From positions 217,356 to 281,355 of the forward strand of contig NW_015170334.1 in assembly GCF_001447785.1 (NCBI RefSeq): DNA of 64,000 bases, given 5' to 3'. Each line of letters starts with the position of its first letter. The first letter of the stretch is position 1. Below are positions 10,813 to 23,769 of the stretch, in pieces. The translations under genes and the position numbers were made by a program. This DNA is from Gekko japonicus (lineage: Eukaryota). The notes below the pieces were generated by a model that was given only the letters and a program-made list of their open reading frames with translations, had not been told where the DNA came from and did no database searches.

Positions 10813-12744
10813 GTCATGACTCTGAGCCCACCCAGAAACTGCCAGGGAGATTTCACTAAAAGCAACAATGAGAAGTCATTCTGGACTGGACCAAGCCTAT
10901 TTCACTGGAAGCTAAACTGTGCAGGAAAGTTATAAAATATTGGAGCCCAAGGAAATGTAAACCAGAAAAAAATGCATTTGGAAAATATGGCCTCAGGTGC
11001 CATTAGTTTAGTCTATAAAACAGCAGTAGCCATTAGACGGGTTTTGAGGGCTTTCTCTAAAGTCTTTGTTTACTGAAAGATCAAAGAATTTGAAGACTCC
11101 CCTATGAAAGCAAGAAACTCAGTATTGTGGGAGATCCTTTTCCCATTCTGAAAATCATAACTACTGACATAGCCCTTTCTAGCAGTTTCCAGTAACTGGC
11201 CTGCTGTCAGTACCTGCACTGTTGTTACAAGAAGTACTTTTGCTAATTATCAATCTACCTTTCCTCTTATTCTTAATATTTGTTTTTCTCTTCAAGCATA
11301 TGCAGCATGTTTTGATACGTTTTCCCTTCTGTTAACATCAACCAAAGAAACATTCACAGGACTATGAGGGGAGCATCACAGTGCTTTGCCAAACATATTT
11401 GCTAAATTATAGAAGGACATCAAGTTCTATAGTGCCTTTTGACTCTAGAAGTCATTTTTGTTCATTTCCCAAGCAGAGGCTTGTTTTTTGTCTTTTTTTA
11501 ATCTCCTTTTTGGCAGTAGTCCTGAGCCCATGAAATATGAGGACATTAGCCCAAATCTTTGTGCTGCTCCACTGTAATTTCAGTGCCATCTGTACAGTAT
11601 TTTCCATGCCCCTTAGCCATTTGTACATGATAGGTCCCTATAGCAAGCCACTCTAATCTCTTGCAATCACTTCCATAAAATAATGGTTAACATTAAAAAC
11701 ACTGCTATTCCCACTTCTCTTAAATCACTTTCTTGGCATTTAAGATATATCCTTCCAGTGTCATATCACGTGTAGTTTCTATTGAACATTGTTTTATTTC
11801 TGTTGTAACTTAGCTTCTGTGTCAAAGTTGCAACTGGGTAAAGGAATCAAACAAACACCAGGGCAGCTGTGTCTTGTGCTTATAACCTATTCCTAAGTAG
11901 AAGCCAGAGCATAGGTGCACTAGGTTTTACCGTATCTACAGATCAGAAAGATGCACAGGGCCTCATATAGGATTTCCAGAAGGCCCATCACTTCTCACCC
12001 AATCAAGGTTGTACATCTATTTCTGTTGATGCTGGGGTAAGATCTTTTAATGTCTGATTCTACAGGTGCTTCTTAGAACAGCAAATGAGAAACTGGACCA
12101 TCCATGTACAACTGATTAAAACATTTTTGTGGTATTTCTTGGGAAGTGACTGAATCCTATACCCATTTATGCCCACGTACATGTGATTTTAATGAAACTC
12201 TGCATTGCTTTCCAATTTTATATCCCTACAGTAATCCACAAAGAATGGAGACAGATTTTGGAACTAGTGTTTTGGAACTAGTGTTACAGTAATTTGCAAC
12301 AATATATGCCAGATTCTAACATAAGAAAACAGAATGCTGTCAATAGAACAACTATGTCACTATCTACTGTGCATCTTGCAATAACTTTGGATCGATTTTC
12401 TACTACATTTAGTAGGAAGGAGCTATCTCCTTCTTCATGTCCCTTACAAGATGCTCCCATCAGCGAAGTCCAGACACAACCTACCATGTCAGTTACCACT
12501 TGAACATATGTAATGTTCCTAAAGCAATGGTTCTAAGCAATTCAACTGATCCCTCTTTTTGTAAGGAATTCCTCATAAAATTTTGCCAGTTCTTTAGAAT
12601 CACACAGACTAAAACTATATGCCAATTACTCCTTTGCATGTCTTTTAGTATTCAGGATGATTTCTATTCCATACCACATTAACTAGCTGAGGAGACATTC
12701 TCATTATGTTTTTGCACAATAAGACTGGGAAGTGTCAAATTAAT

Positions 12745-13818
12745 TGTTGTTCAGTCGCACAGTCGAGGCCGACTCTTCACGACCCCATGGACCACATCAC
12801 GCCAGGCCCTCTTGTCTTCCACCGTTCTCTGGAGTTTGCTTAATTTCATGTTCGTTGCATCGATAACACTGTCTAACCATCTCACCCTTTGCCTTCCCCG
12901 TCTTCTTTCCCCTTCAATCTTTCCAAGCATCAGGGTCTTCTCCAGTGAGTGCTCCCTTCTCATTTGATGGTCAAAGTATTTGAGCTTCAGTTTCATTATC
13001 TGGCCTTCCAGGGAACAGTCAGGGTTGATTTCTTTTAGGATTGACTGATTTGATCTCCTTGCAGTCCAAGGGACTCTCAAGAGTCTTCTCCAGCACTATA
13101 ATCTGAAAGCATCTATTCTTTGGCGCTCGGCCTTCCTTATGGTCCAACTCTCGCGGCCATACATTACTATTGGGAATACCATTGCTTTGACCATACGGAC
13201 TTTGCTACTTTATTTACAACTATAGATAGAACTGGTAGAATACCTAAAGACTGGGGGGTGGCAATAATAGTGCCTATTTACAAGAAAGGGAACAGAGCGG
13301 ATCCTGTTAATTATAGGCCGATCAGTCTGCTAAGTATAAGAAGTAAGCTTTATTCAAAACACTTACAGTGGAAGCTAAAAGACTGGATGGAGCAGGAAGG
13401 TTTTTTGAGACAGGAACAAGCAGGCTTTAGAGAGGGACGGTCATGTTTAGATCTCTGGAGTTTGCTTAATTTCATGTGTGATATTGAACCATTTAATTTC
13501 CAAATACTCCTCGAATTCTTTAACCTCATTGTATGCAGCTTTTATAGATTTGACCATACGGACTTTTATTGGCAGGGTGATGTCTCTACTTTTTTATTAT
13601 GCTGTCTAGGTTTGCCATAGGTTTCCTCCCAAGGAGCAGACATCTTTTAATTTCATGGCTGCAGTCACAGTCTGCAGTGATCTTGGATTCCAGGAATGTG
13701 AAGTCTGTCACTGCTTCCATGACTTCACCTTCTATTTGCCAAGGAGTGATGGGGCCAGAATCCATGATCTTAGTTTTTTTGATGTTGACTTTCAAGCCAA
13801 CTGTTGCACTTTCATCTT
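12745..13818 (-). mobile_element. Bov-B (RTE) LINE, 5'-truncated
   Basis: ORFs 12751..13080 and 13586..13822 carry Bov-B C-terminal motifs (RVPWTARRSNQSILKEI, LEKTLMLGKIEG, DCSHEIKRCLLLGRK); (AAC)n tail; TSD TCAAATTAAT/TCAAAGTAAT. Confidence 0.95.
13204..13451 (+). mobile_element. Foreign LINE RT fragment inserted antisense within Bov-B
   Basis: IPKDWGVAIIVPIYKKGNRADPVNYRPISLLS..QEQAGFREGRSCLD. Confidence 0.85.
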
Positions 13819-14707
13819 TCAAAGTAATAGCCCTTGAATATATATGATCTCAAAATACTCACAAATGCAGTTCTATCATGTAGTTTATTATCATAGAATT
13901 CTGAAAAGAGATGCTATTTCTGGTCATATATTACCTCTGAAAGTGCTACTAAGTCTTGTTGCTCACACCTGAATTAGCAGTGTTAGAGAGCAGAGGAGGA
14001 AAATATTAATTCTCATGTTTGAAGAACTTTTCATATCCATGTCATGTGATAAAAAGTCACCATGGAAAATCTTGGAAACTCTTTAACATCTATCTTAAGG
14101 TAATTTAGGGGAGTGTTTTAATTGCTATTTTCTTGTTGACTGCCATACTAAACAGGTGCAGCCTTTTCTCCAATGTGCTTAAAATGAGCTACAGTTCCTG
14201 TTTATAAGATTTTCTTCAACAAAGGAACTGTAAATATTTTTACCAATCTTTCTGATAAAAACTATCATCTTGACAACTTGTTTGTGTGCAGTGGCTCTGC
14301 TGTCAATACTTAAAAGGTCTTGATCAGTTTCTGTAAATGGATTGCCAAACTATGAATGGATTGCCAAACCTTGAGACACATATTTTGGCATCTAGCCAAT
14401 GTGGAATGGATTTTATTGTTCATGACAATGACAGGAATTTTGGTTTGTTGCCAATTTAATGTCACCATCAAACTCCTCAATTAGTCAACATATCTCTGGG
14501 CCACCAACTATCCTTGTTGATGTCTCAGTTCAGTTCTTCATGATATTCTGATCTGGTTTCTGATCTCTCAGATTATGTTGATGAGCTCTCAAAACTATGA
14601 GGTTTGCTGGAATACAGATATCCAAGTGCAATAATAGGAACTTTCAGATCTAGTGAGGCTTGGGTTGTGGTCAGTGTTGTCATATGCTGCAGCTGTCAGG
14701 ATTTCTC

Positions 14708-14935
14708 TGTTTATTTTATTATTATTTTATTTATAGCCTGCATTTCTTTATCATGGAGACACAAACTGTCTTATCACATCATTCTCCCCTCCTGCACCTT
14801 ATTCTCACAACACCAAGTTAGGTTGAAAGAGTATGACGGGCCAAATTTTCTGGCAAGCTTCCATGGCAGAATGGAGGTTCAAACCCAGTTGTCTCCAGGT
14901 CCTACTCAGATACTCTAACTACTATTCCATGCCAG
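14708..14935 (-). mobile_element. Decayed tRNA-derived SINE inserted in the Academ fossil
   Basis: Reverse-complement SINE body with a (TAAA)-like tail. Confidence 0.65.
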
Positions 14936-16149
14936 CTGTTCTCTGGACAAACAAATGTTTTTCTTCATCAAACCAGAGAAGAGAAGCTGTGATTTCCAAC
15001 TGTGACAGATGGCACTTTTAAACACTTAGAAGTGCTGTGTAAAAGATAAAGGACTGTGAAGGGTTAATTCTTCAAAAAGCCATGAGTGACAAGTTGTTCC
15101 AAGAGATCTGATTGGTTAGCATCAGCTGAACAGAGAACGACTTCTGAACTGGATGCTGAGGAGAATTCAGTCTAATTTCAGCCTTAGCTGAGAAAAGTTG
15201 AGTCCTGACAGTTTAGGCATTCAGCCCTGACTGCCAAAATATTGTACTTTGACAGGGTGGGACAGCCAGAGTTCTTCAGGGAAAAAGAAAACATATTACT
15301 AGGGCAGCTCAGTCAGACAGGGAAAGAAAAATGGAGGGAAAATCTTGCCTCTGAGGGAGGGAAGTGGATGGGGCCGTCATACAAACATAACTGTATATGA
15401 GACTGACAGGCCAAATATATATCCCATGCCCACTGTCTCTTTTTTTGCCCACACACTGAAAGCCCCAAGTACATTTAAAAATTGGTTTACAAGTTTATTT
15501 TCAAAATATTAAAAGATAGTGTAATTCTGTGAATACTGGTTAAGTGATTCTATCACTTTCAGTGCTTAAACCATATATATTCATATTTACAACAGCAAGA
15601 TGCCCTCAGGGTATTGATTTAATTGGGCAATCATTCATATTTTTTCATTACAATTGTATATATGGTCAGCTATTTTCTGTATGATCACCTTTTTTCAAAT
15701 TAAATCAGATCTAGTTCATCTTCAGCATAATCTCTGAAACCTTCTCTCATGTATTGTGACTATATTGTTCTAGATCAATAGATAGTCTGTCTTATTTCCA
15801 ATCTTAAATTAGCATAGAATCCAGTCCATCAGAGAAGCAGAGCTACTGGCTGGCTGTTATGCATGGATCAGCACTGGAACTGTCCACAGGAACTGGAAGC
15901 TGGGGAGCTAAAATGAAACAGATTAGCAGTGGAGCTGTCCAGACAGGGACAAAAGCTGATCTCATGGAACTGTTGTTCCAGGAAATGTTGGGCTACAGAT
16001 GAGGCTGGTTGTCCTACTCTTCCGGTTGACTTGACAAGGTTTTGAGGTCAATTTCCTCTTTCTGAGTAGAATAATGTGACGAAATGCCACAAACTGCCTG
16101 ATACTCACTCTGCTACCTGGTCTGGACTTAGTCTTGGAAACACTTTATT

Positions 16150-16360
16150 TTTGCTGTCAAGTCATAGCCAATTTATGGTGACCCCACAGGGTTTTCAAGG
16201 CAAGAGACATTCACTGGTGGTTTGCAATTGACTGTCTCTGTGTAGCAGCCCTAGAGTTTCTGGATGGTCTCCTCTATCCAAGCAGTAACTAGTGTTGACC
16301 CTACTTAGTTTCCCAGACCTGATGAGATCAGGCTAGCCTGGGATATCCAGGTCAGGGCTT
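16150..16360 (-). mobile_element. 5S-derived SINE (5S-Sauria-like)
   Basis: Reverse complement GCCCTGACCTGGATATCCCAGGCTAGCCTGATCTCATCAG is a 5S head; RTE-like tail. Confidence 0.8.
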
Positions 16361-18259
16361 GGAAATACTACTGCCCCTGTTCTTGGAGTCATATAATTGA
16401 TCAGGTAGGTTCCAGAAGTGGATTGGTCTAGTCAGGGGACTTTGATCCACAGATCAGCTAGTTCTCTGGATGGAGTATCCATCCAGTGAATAAGGATCTG
16501 GAATGTTTTTGTATGTGGTAGTGTTTTATCATCATCACCCCCCTGAGATGCTTCCATCTTATTCCAAATTGAGCCAAGGCAGGTCCTGACACCATCTTTC
16601 TGAAATTTTGCCGTGGGAAGTTTTTGTTTATTATTTGTATTTATAGCCCGCCCATCCCAGGAGTGACCTCAATAATGCAATAAATACAGTTAAGATTTAA
16701 AATACAGTAAAAATATTAAAAGCAACATAGCCTGGAGGAAGGTACACTCTCTGGGTCTTCCTTGTTGCTCACCTGAGTAGTATGAATAGCATTTTGTGTG
16801 TTGTGAATAACCTGGTCTTTTCATACTCTCTTACATCTCAGTGTGCTAATCTGGCTGTATAAATCACTTGCCCCAATTTCTTGTGAAACCCAACCAACCA
16901 TTTTGCATGATATTTCACTTCCAGTGTTATAGTTTCACCAGTACATAGTGTCAGATAAGTTTTCCATTTTGTTTTTGAATGATATACTTTTGGAACTTGT
17001 TGTCTACATCAAAAGTTGTAACATGCAATAACAGAATGTGAGGTGAAGCCAAACATTTGCAGGGGGGGGGGGGGATGCTTGTTTTTCATATATGGTTTTC
17101 ATGGATTCTTGTGACAGTTTTTCAAAGTCTATTGATGTTCATTAACTTGACCTGTTGCCTGTTTTCTTTTCCTTGTTCTTTCCGGTTTAGTGCAGTTGTG
17201 CATTTTCTCTGAGGAAACAGGTTTCTTTCCCTCCTTCTTTCTGTGGCCTTAGTAGAAACTCTATAAATCTGTTCTTGTGGATAGCACATCAGTATTTTTT
17301 TATTCCATTGTAATGGTCAATCAAAGCAACAAAAGGTGTGTGATATAATGAACATACATGGATACATGAGTTCATGTGTATGTCATATAATCTGCATTGT
17401 ATGTATGTAACATGATCTGCAACCCCACAATAGATTCACTGATCATTTTAAGTGTTTAAATATTTGAAAGTTAAATATTATTAAATATAATTATTATATT
17501 AAATAATTATTAAAACACAATAAATATTATTATAACATATTTTAGAATTCACTCAGTAATTCCTCAGATTTAAAAATCACAGAAATTATACCTAATGCTT
17601 ATTCGTGTATGATCTATATGGAATTAAATATGAAAGGACTACCAGCTATACGTGGCTGTCATATTGTATGCATTTTCCAGTTTGGCTCCACATCTGAAAT
17701 TGACTGTAAAACTGATATTTACAGTCTTCCAAAAGTGGACATCCTTATTTGCAGTTTTATCCTAGCACCTATACTACTACTTACACCCTTTTAAGCTAGA
17801 GATAGATATCACTAGGAACAAATATACTGTTTACACATCAATTAATCTGGCTATGAAGCTTCAGTGTTTGACTGAATCAAAGCTCATCCCATAATATATA
17901 TAAACATCTTTACACTCACAATATGTGGCTTTGTCCACATCTGTTTTTTGGACCTTGAGATTTTATAAATCTGGCACTGTTCCTACTCTAATACTTGTAC
18001 ATCTGCAAAATGGAGCATCCAAAATGTGCATTTGTTTAATTTCTTGTTGCCTGTTTGCCACAGTGAAAAGTGAAATCTGTTCTATGGAGTAGAAAATAAG
18101 CAGTCTACAAATATTACTTTAGACTCTATGCATAATATTGCCTTTTATTTTAGCACCTGCAAAGCAACTGAATAATATCACATTTTTCTTTCACAATACA
18201 TTTTAGATATCACAGCTCTGCTGTGTGTCTTTTAAAAGTATTTTAAAAGTTAGTAAATA

Positions 18260-18600
18260 CAGAGGTCATTTAGGGGGGGAACGTGGGGGAACGCATTTCC
18301 CCCGGGTGAGGTACAGGGGGCGGGGCACATGACGAAGCCCCGCCCCCTGCTTCTGACCACCCCGCTTCCAGCCCTCATTCAGCCAGGAGGAGGCAGGAGA
18401 AGAGGGAGGGTAAGTTGCTTCCTCCCCGCCTCTCCCCACCCCTGCCTGCCTGGGGCCAGGGAGGGCCTTGGCGGGGCTTCCTTGCACTCCCGCTGGCCTT
18501 GCAGGTCCACCGCCGGGCCCCTGATGTCAGGGGGTGTGGCATATGCTAATGAGTTATGCTAATGAGTTCCCCTAGCTCTTTTTCTACGAAATGACCCCTG
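18260..18600. mobile_element. Non-autonomous hAT element
   Basis: TIRs CAGAGGTCATTT / AAATGACCCCTG; TSD AGTAAATA/AGTACATA. Confidence 0.85.
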
Positions 18601-20774
18601 AGTACATATATATTGCCCGGTGGTAAGAAGACACTATCAAACAGGCAAAAATGATGAGGAGGTCTCATTGTTATTTTCTGTACCATGGGCCAGGAATGCA
18701 GGGTATTGGAAATGAGTCTCAGCAGAGTCTCAGCAGAGTTCTTGAATGAGTCTGATAGAAGGACCTATGTAGGATAGGGAAGTCTCACAGACACCTAGAC
18801 TTAGGCAATAAAGTGAATAGAATTGGGAAAGAACTGGAGAGTAAGAACAAGTCCAGAATTTGGCTGTAGCCCAATAAGTACATTACAGCCATACTGGAGC
18901 CTGGATGGTAATACAGCTGTTTCATCCTTTTCTCTACATTTGGAAATGGCTTATCACAAGAGGCAGAAGAATGCTGATCACTGTCTTGTAGTAGTTTGGG
19001 TATCAGACTGGGATCTGAGAGGCCCAGGTGGAAATCCACACAGCTGTAAAGCTCATTGAGTGACCTCATTTTTTAAAGATTAAACAAGAGCTGTTGTCCG
19101 GGACAAGATCAAGGGGAACAGAACTGAATATTCTACTCAGAACTCTCTGGAGGAAGGGCAGAATAAAACTGAACTAGATAGAAAGATGAGATCCTAGTTC
19201 TAATTCTGGTCATTCTTGACATTCATCAACATATTTCTGAGATTCCCATTTCTACTGTGTCTTCCCAATGGTGCTTACGAAGCTTATTATCTATGCCATT
19301 ATGTGAAACCTCTTAACAACACATGGAAATTTTCCTTTTTGTTTAAAGTTCAAAAATATTTTTAGCTTTATAGCAAGATTACATTATAGTGTTTGGAAAT
19401 GGTAATTCATGCAACACATCTGATACGAATGTCTATATTTAGTATGGGTACTGCATTAGTGGTATTTTGCTCCCCCAAACAACATCATGCTTAGTTCAGT
19501 CTGATTTGGGAAGCTCTCATCACTGTACAAGGGAGGTGTTATTCCTCTTGTTCCCTTCTGCCTATGCATTTGGAATTGCTTTCCCATCCCTTCAGGAACT
19601 GAACTCTCTCTCTGTGTCTCTCTTTGTAAGTAGTACAAAATGTCTGTAACTGCTCAATCTGTTGATTTCACATCCAAAGACGAATATCACACATTGTGAC
19701 TAAGTGACATTTAACACATCAAGAAGAATCAGTTTCTGCATTGTGGAGCAGGCAACAAGAAGTCACCCTGGCAGGCAGCTTTCTTCTTTTTGCACAAAGG
19801 CCCACCTGCCTCAAAACGTGGGACTGAGATTTGATTTAAATTATCTATTTTTAAATGGCATTTGGACTTTCTTTTCTGTTTCTGTAGAAAAGTCTTGTCA
19901 TTTTTCACAGTAGTGGACTGAAAAATCTGGGCTGCTGATACCACAAGAACATTATTACTGGCAGCTATACCCATTCAAAGAAAATGTGTGGGTTGATTTC
20001 TCATGAGAACCATAATCACTCTGCTTCTTCTCACCCCCTGAAGGCACCAATCAATACCTGTGTATCTTCTCTCACTCACTGGTTTCACAGGGTTTTGGCA
20101 GCCTCTCTTATAGAAGGCTCATTAAGCAGGTATGTCTGTCTCCCTGATTAGACTTCCATTTACACTGTGTTCTGTGCCCTAGCTAATGCTTTGTGTTTTA
20201 CATTTCCTGGGAGGGAAATAGGCCCACAGTGCCAAGCTATGTACCAGTACTCTCCCAAGTAGATCCACCCAGGAGATCATGGCTAAACAGTGAATTGAAG
20301 TGATACCATCACCAAGTTACATTTGATTTATTATTTATACTGCAACACTAGCTTTTCTTGGAAGGATAAGCAGCAAGAGACCTTAACAACTCTGGGCTTC
20401 CAGTTATTAACACATGCATTTCATGTTCCTTGCTTTATAGTAAAAACAACAATAGAAAATGATGTTAACATCCATGTCTACAGATGCATTTAGGCAGTGA
20501 ATGACTGAAATGATTGGTGTGGTGTGTTGAAGATTAAGGTGAAATAGTTTAAAAGATGTAGACTGGAGTAGAGTGAGGGCAAAAGACCAGGCTCTTCCTT
20601 TAGAATGTTTTCCTGTGTTACACCAAGGAAAAATGGTACAAAAGCAAAGACTTAAGGGAAAAGTGAATATACACATACCTGAATTCCACAGAAATTCAAC
20701 TTAATGAGGGGTGACCATTATTGAAAGAACCAAGGGTAAGATCTGATGTGCAGTGAGTAATTTTGTCACATGTA

Positions 20775-21175
20775 CATAGCATCATAGACTTGGAAGGGAC
20801 CTCCAGGGTCATCTAGTCCAATGCAGGAAATTCACAAATACATCCCCCCACACACACTCAGTGAAATGTGTTCCATGCCCAGAAGATAACAAAAAACCTC
20901 CAGGATTCCTGGCTAAACTGGCCTGGAGGAAAATTGCTCCCTGACCCCAAAGTGGTGATCAGCATTTCCCTGGGGATGTAAGAAAGGGCCACAAGATCTG
21001 AGCACTGATGCAACCCTTCCTGCCCTCCCTCTCATAATCTCCCTAAGTTCACAGAACCAGCATTGCTGTCAGATGGCCGCCTATCCTCTGTTTAAAAACC
21101 TCCAAAAAAGGAGAGCCCACCACCTCCTAAGGAAGCCTGTTCCACTAAGGAACTGCTCTAACAGCCAGAGTAACT
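20775..21175 (-). mobile_element. CR1 LINE 3' fragment
   Basis: CATAGCATCATAGACTTGGAAGGGACCTCCAGGGTCATCTAGTCCA is the CR1 3' terminus; ORF2 end remnant at 21060-21170. Confidence 0.85.
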
Positions 21176-21194
21176 AAAAATAAACAAATTACAT

Positions 21195-21206
21195 CATTAT
21201 TATTAT

Positions 21207-21237
<31 letters not shown>

Positions 21238-21240
21238 GAT
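21195..21240. repeat. (ATT)n/(ATA/ATG)n microsatellite
   Basis: Seen directly. Confidence 0.9.
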
Positions 21241-22029
21241 GCTAAGGTTTAACTGTCCTACACTCTGTTCTAATAGCTGACCATCAGGTCTGTCAATGTT
21301 TGGCATGCTCACTGGGGCCTTGAGTTTTCTTTTGTGTGATAATAATTCTGTTGCTTTTGCCATCATGTTGAAGTGAAGGAGACAGAGAGAGATTTAGGCC
21401 ATTGTTCTAGTTGTTGCCACTTAAGAAAGGGAATAGAGGAGTTCTCTTAGTTCCATTTGGTCCAGAATCTACCAGTGTCTCAAAGTAGCCCTGGGTTCAA
21501 ATGCTGCTATCCTTCACTTATACTTGGTGAATGCAAGTTTACACCTAAATTATTACCACCAATATCAAAATGTATGTCTTTCATTGGCCATGACTGGTTT
21601 ATGTATGGAATGACTGATTTGGAACGTGCACAATGTGAACGCTCTAAGGTAACCAGACTTCTGGATCTTACAGATGGTAAACAGTTATTGAACAAGACCT
21701 CTCTAGAAAATGTTACACAGCACAATAAAGTGGTATACTTACCTTCAACAACGACACATGTGCTCTCAGATTGATATTCATTGAATTTTGCAGCAGCCTT
21801 TGAATGCATTTTCCAGCGACACTCTGGTAAACATAAAGGACTGATTTCGATGATTTATAGGATGCTTGATGGACTTGATTTATCAGCATCTTTACCTTAC
21901 CAAAGAATGTGGCAAAAAGATTGTGGTACCCTGCTTCAAGACGAAGATTGGAACAATATCTGGAACTCAATGACATTCCAATCCTCGACCACTGTAATAC
22001 GCTATCAATCATTTAAAATTATATCAAAC

Positions 22030-22320
22030 TGAGCAATCAGAGGGAGGTGGGTACAAGTAGGCAGGTTTTACCTCAAAACTCTGAACTATACAATTGACCA
22101 ATCGGGGGTGGGCAAGGAGGCAGCAGCCTGCCAGTCACATGGAAAATAATTGGGGGAACACATTTTGCCCCTTTTTTACCCATTTAGGGGTCATGTTTCT
22201 CAGAAATCTCTTCATGGGGGGATTGATGTCATGGTAGGAATGCACTCCCCTTATTTTGGGTTTCTAGGTGCAGGGGTTTAGCCTGGGCATTAAATTTGGG
22301 GGGAGGGCATACCCCCCCCT
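22030..22320 (-). mobile_element. Older Helitron-family fragment related to the 1383 and 23284 copies
   Basis: Similar to 23045-23250 (CCAATC..CACATTTT(G/A)CCCC..TTTCTAGGT..GCCTGGGC). Confidence 0.65.
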
Positions 22321-22519
22321 TTTTTACAAAAATGCTTCTTATTTATGTTAGATTTTAGAACTGGGACATAACTACATATTCAAAATACCATCCGAGCAAC
22401 CAGATATTAAGCAAGTTCGTATGAACCAATTTTCTATAACCCACATTGTGAGAAGTTAAATAACCTAATAAAGGAAACCAGTTTTCTACAAATTTGGGGT
22501 ATATTTCCATTGTGGGTGA

Positions 22520-23284
22520 GAGTGTGGCTAAACTGGGCCAGCAGCACCACTAAGGTGGTCCTGCTGGGGCGGCGTCCCTGCTCCTACACCTGACAGACAT
22601 CGCCCTGTCTGGTGTTGGGTGGGATTATGTTTAAAGGCATCAGGGAGGCTGGGCCAGCAGCAGGGCTAAGGCAATCCTGCTGAGCAAACCTCCCTGGCAT
22701 CTGTAAGCATCCCACCTCCTCTCCTACACCTGACAGGCAGCTGCCTGTCCGGTGTAGGACGGGGAGGGGGGGAGGAGTATTAGAAGCCACTGTGGAGGCA
22801 GGGCTGGCAGGATCACTAAGGCGTTACTGCTGGGGCGGGCTGCCTCATGGCTTTAAGCACCCTGCAACTGCTGCTGCACCTGACAGACAACCGCCTCTGA
22901 TGGAAGCCATCAGAGAGGCTGGGCCAGCAGCATTACTGCACCTCACAGGTGGTTGTTGGCCATTCCTGATTTTTTCAACTGTTGTTAGCTCTGTACAGTC
23001 TCCTGTAAGTGTTTTTTTACCGCAGAACGCTGAGTTCTGCAGCTGACCAATCAGAGAGTGGAGGGGTGCAAGGAAGTAGCAGCCTGGCAGCTACACAGGA
23101 ATCAATGGGGGGAGCACATTTTACCCCTTTTGACCCACTTAGGGGTCAAATTTCTAAAAATCCCTTCTTAATGAGCATCTACGCCATGGTAGGAGCGCTC
23201 TCCCCAAATTTCTTGTTTCTAGGTCCAGAGGTTTGGCCTGGGCGTTGATTTTACGGTGAGGGGACTTTCTTTTATATATATAGA
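22520..23284 (-). mobile_element. Helitron-derived element, 5' portion
   Basis: Minus strand begins A|TCTATATATATAAAAGAAAGTCCCC; colinear with 1383-2215. Confidence 0.75.
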
Positions 23285-23769
23285 TAAAAGTATTTTAATT
23301 TTGCTTTCGGCAGCCAAATCTTCTATTGCCTCGCTTTGGAAGGTGTCTTTGTCTCCTACCCGGGAATTGTGTTATAAAAAGGTTTGGGAGCAAAATGTGC
23401 AGGCTAAGATTGCCTTAAATATTATGAGTCCACCCTCCCCTAAAGTTGTAACTACTTTTTGAAAACACCTGGCGACCCATATTAACCCTTTTATCATGTT
23501 ATAAAAAAATTCCAAGGAATCTGTACACTAGCTTTGTTTAGAATGTGTTGATTTAATTAAAAAATACTTGATGAATGCTAGCAATTTGTTAAAGGCAAGT
23601 GTGCTCCACCGAAATACAGCTGTACAGTTCAACTTATAAGAAAAATACAGATTTAGGCCTTTGGATTAACAATACATCTTGCAGGCAACTCCTTCTCAGA
23701 TTCTTGTGCTATCAAAGATTGTGATTCTTCTTATGACACAATGATAAGGATATTTGTATCATATGTTAT

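Larger units (their letters stand above)
11460..17300 (-). pseudogene. Fossil AcademX-type DNA transposon (Academ transposase plus XPG/FEN-like nuclease), interrupted by younger TEs
   Basis: Colinear motifs N to C: KMHNCTKPERTRKRK (~17.2k); LLHVTTFDVD..EVKYHAKWL (~16.9-17.0k); FDEEK..VCP (~14.95k); LTAAAYDNTDHNPSLT..ISVFQQ (14603-14699); VGGPEIC*LIEEF; CHEQ; FGNPFTETDQDLLSIDS; IGKNIYSSFVEENL; FFKHEN*YFPPLLS (~14.0k); VNVVWNR; KNWQNFMRNSLQKE (~12.57k); HEEGDSSFLL..TVDSDIVVLL (~12.34-12.44k); WLAIGT, IFHGL, SAWE (~11.46-11.65k). Confidence 0.8.
21480..23520 (+). mobile_element. L1/Tx1-type ORF2 C-terminal remnant, split by two Helitron-family insertions
   Basis: PYQRMWQKDCGTLLQDEDWNNIWNS..RYQSFKII (to ~22030) and ILILLSAAKSSIASLWK (from ~23290). 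Confidence 0.7.

Noticed and set aside
19902-20010. Possible host exon after TTTTCACAG (WTEKSGLLIPQEHYYWQLYPF)
   Set aside because: In-frame stops, no convincing donor site and no recognisable protein.
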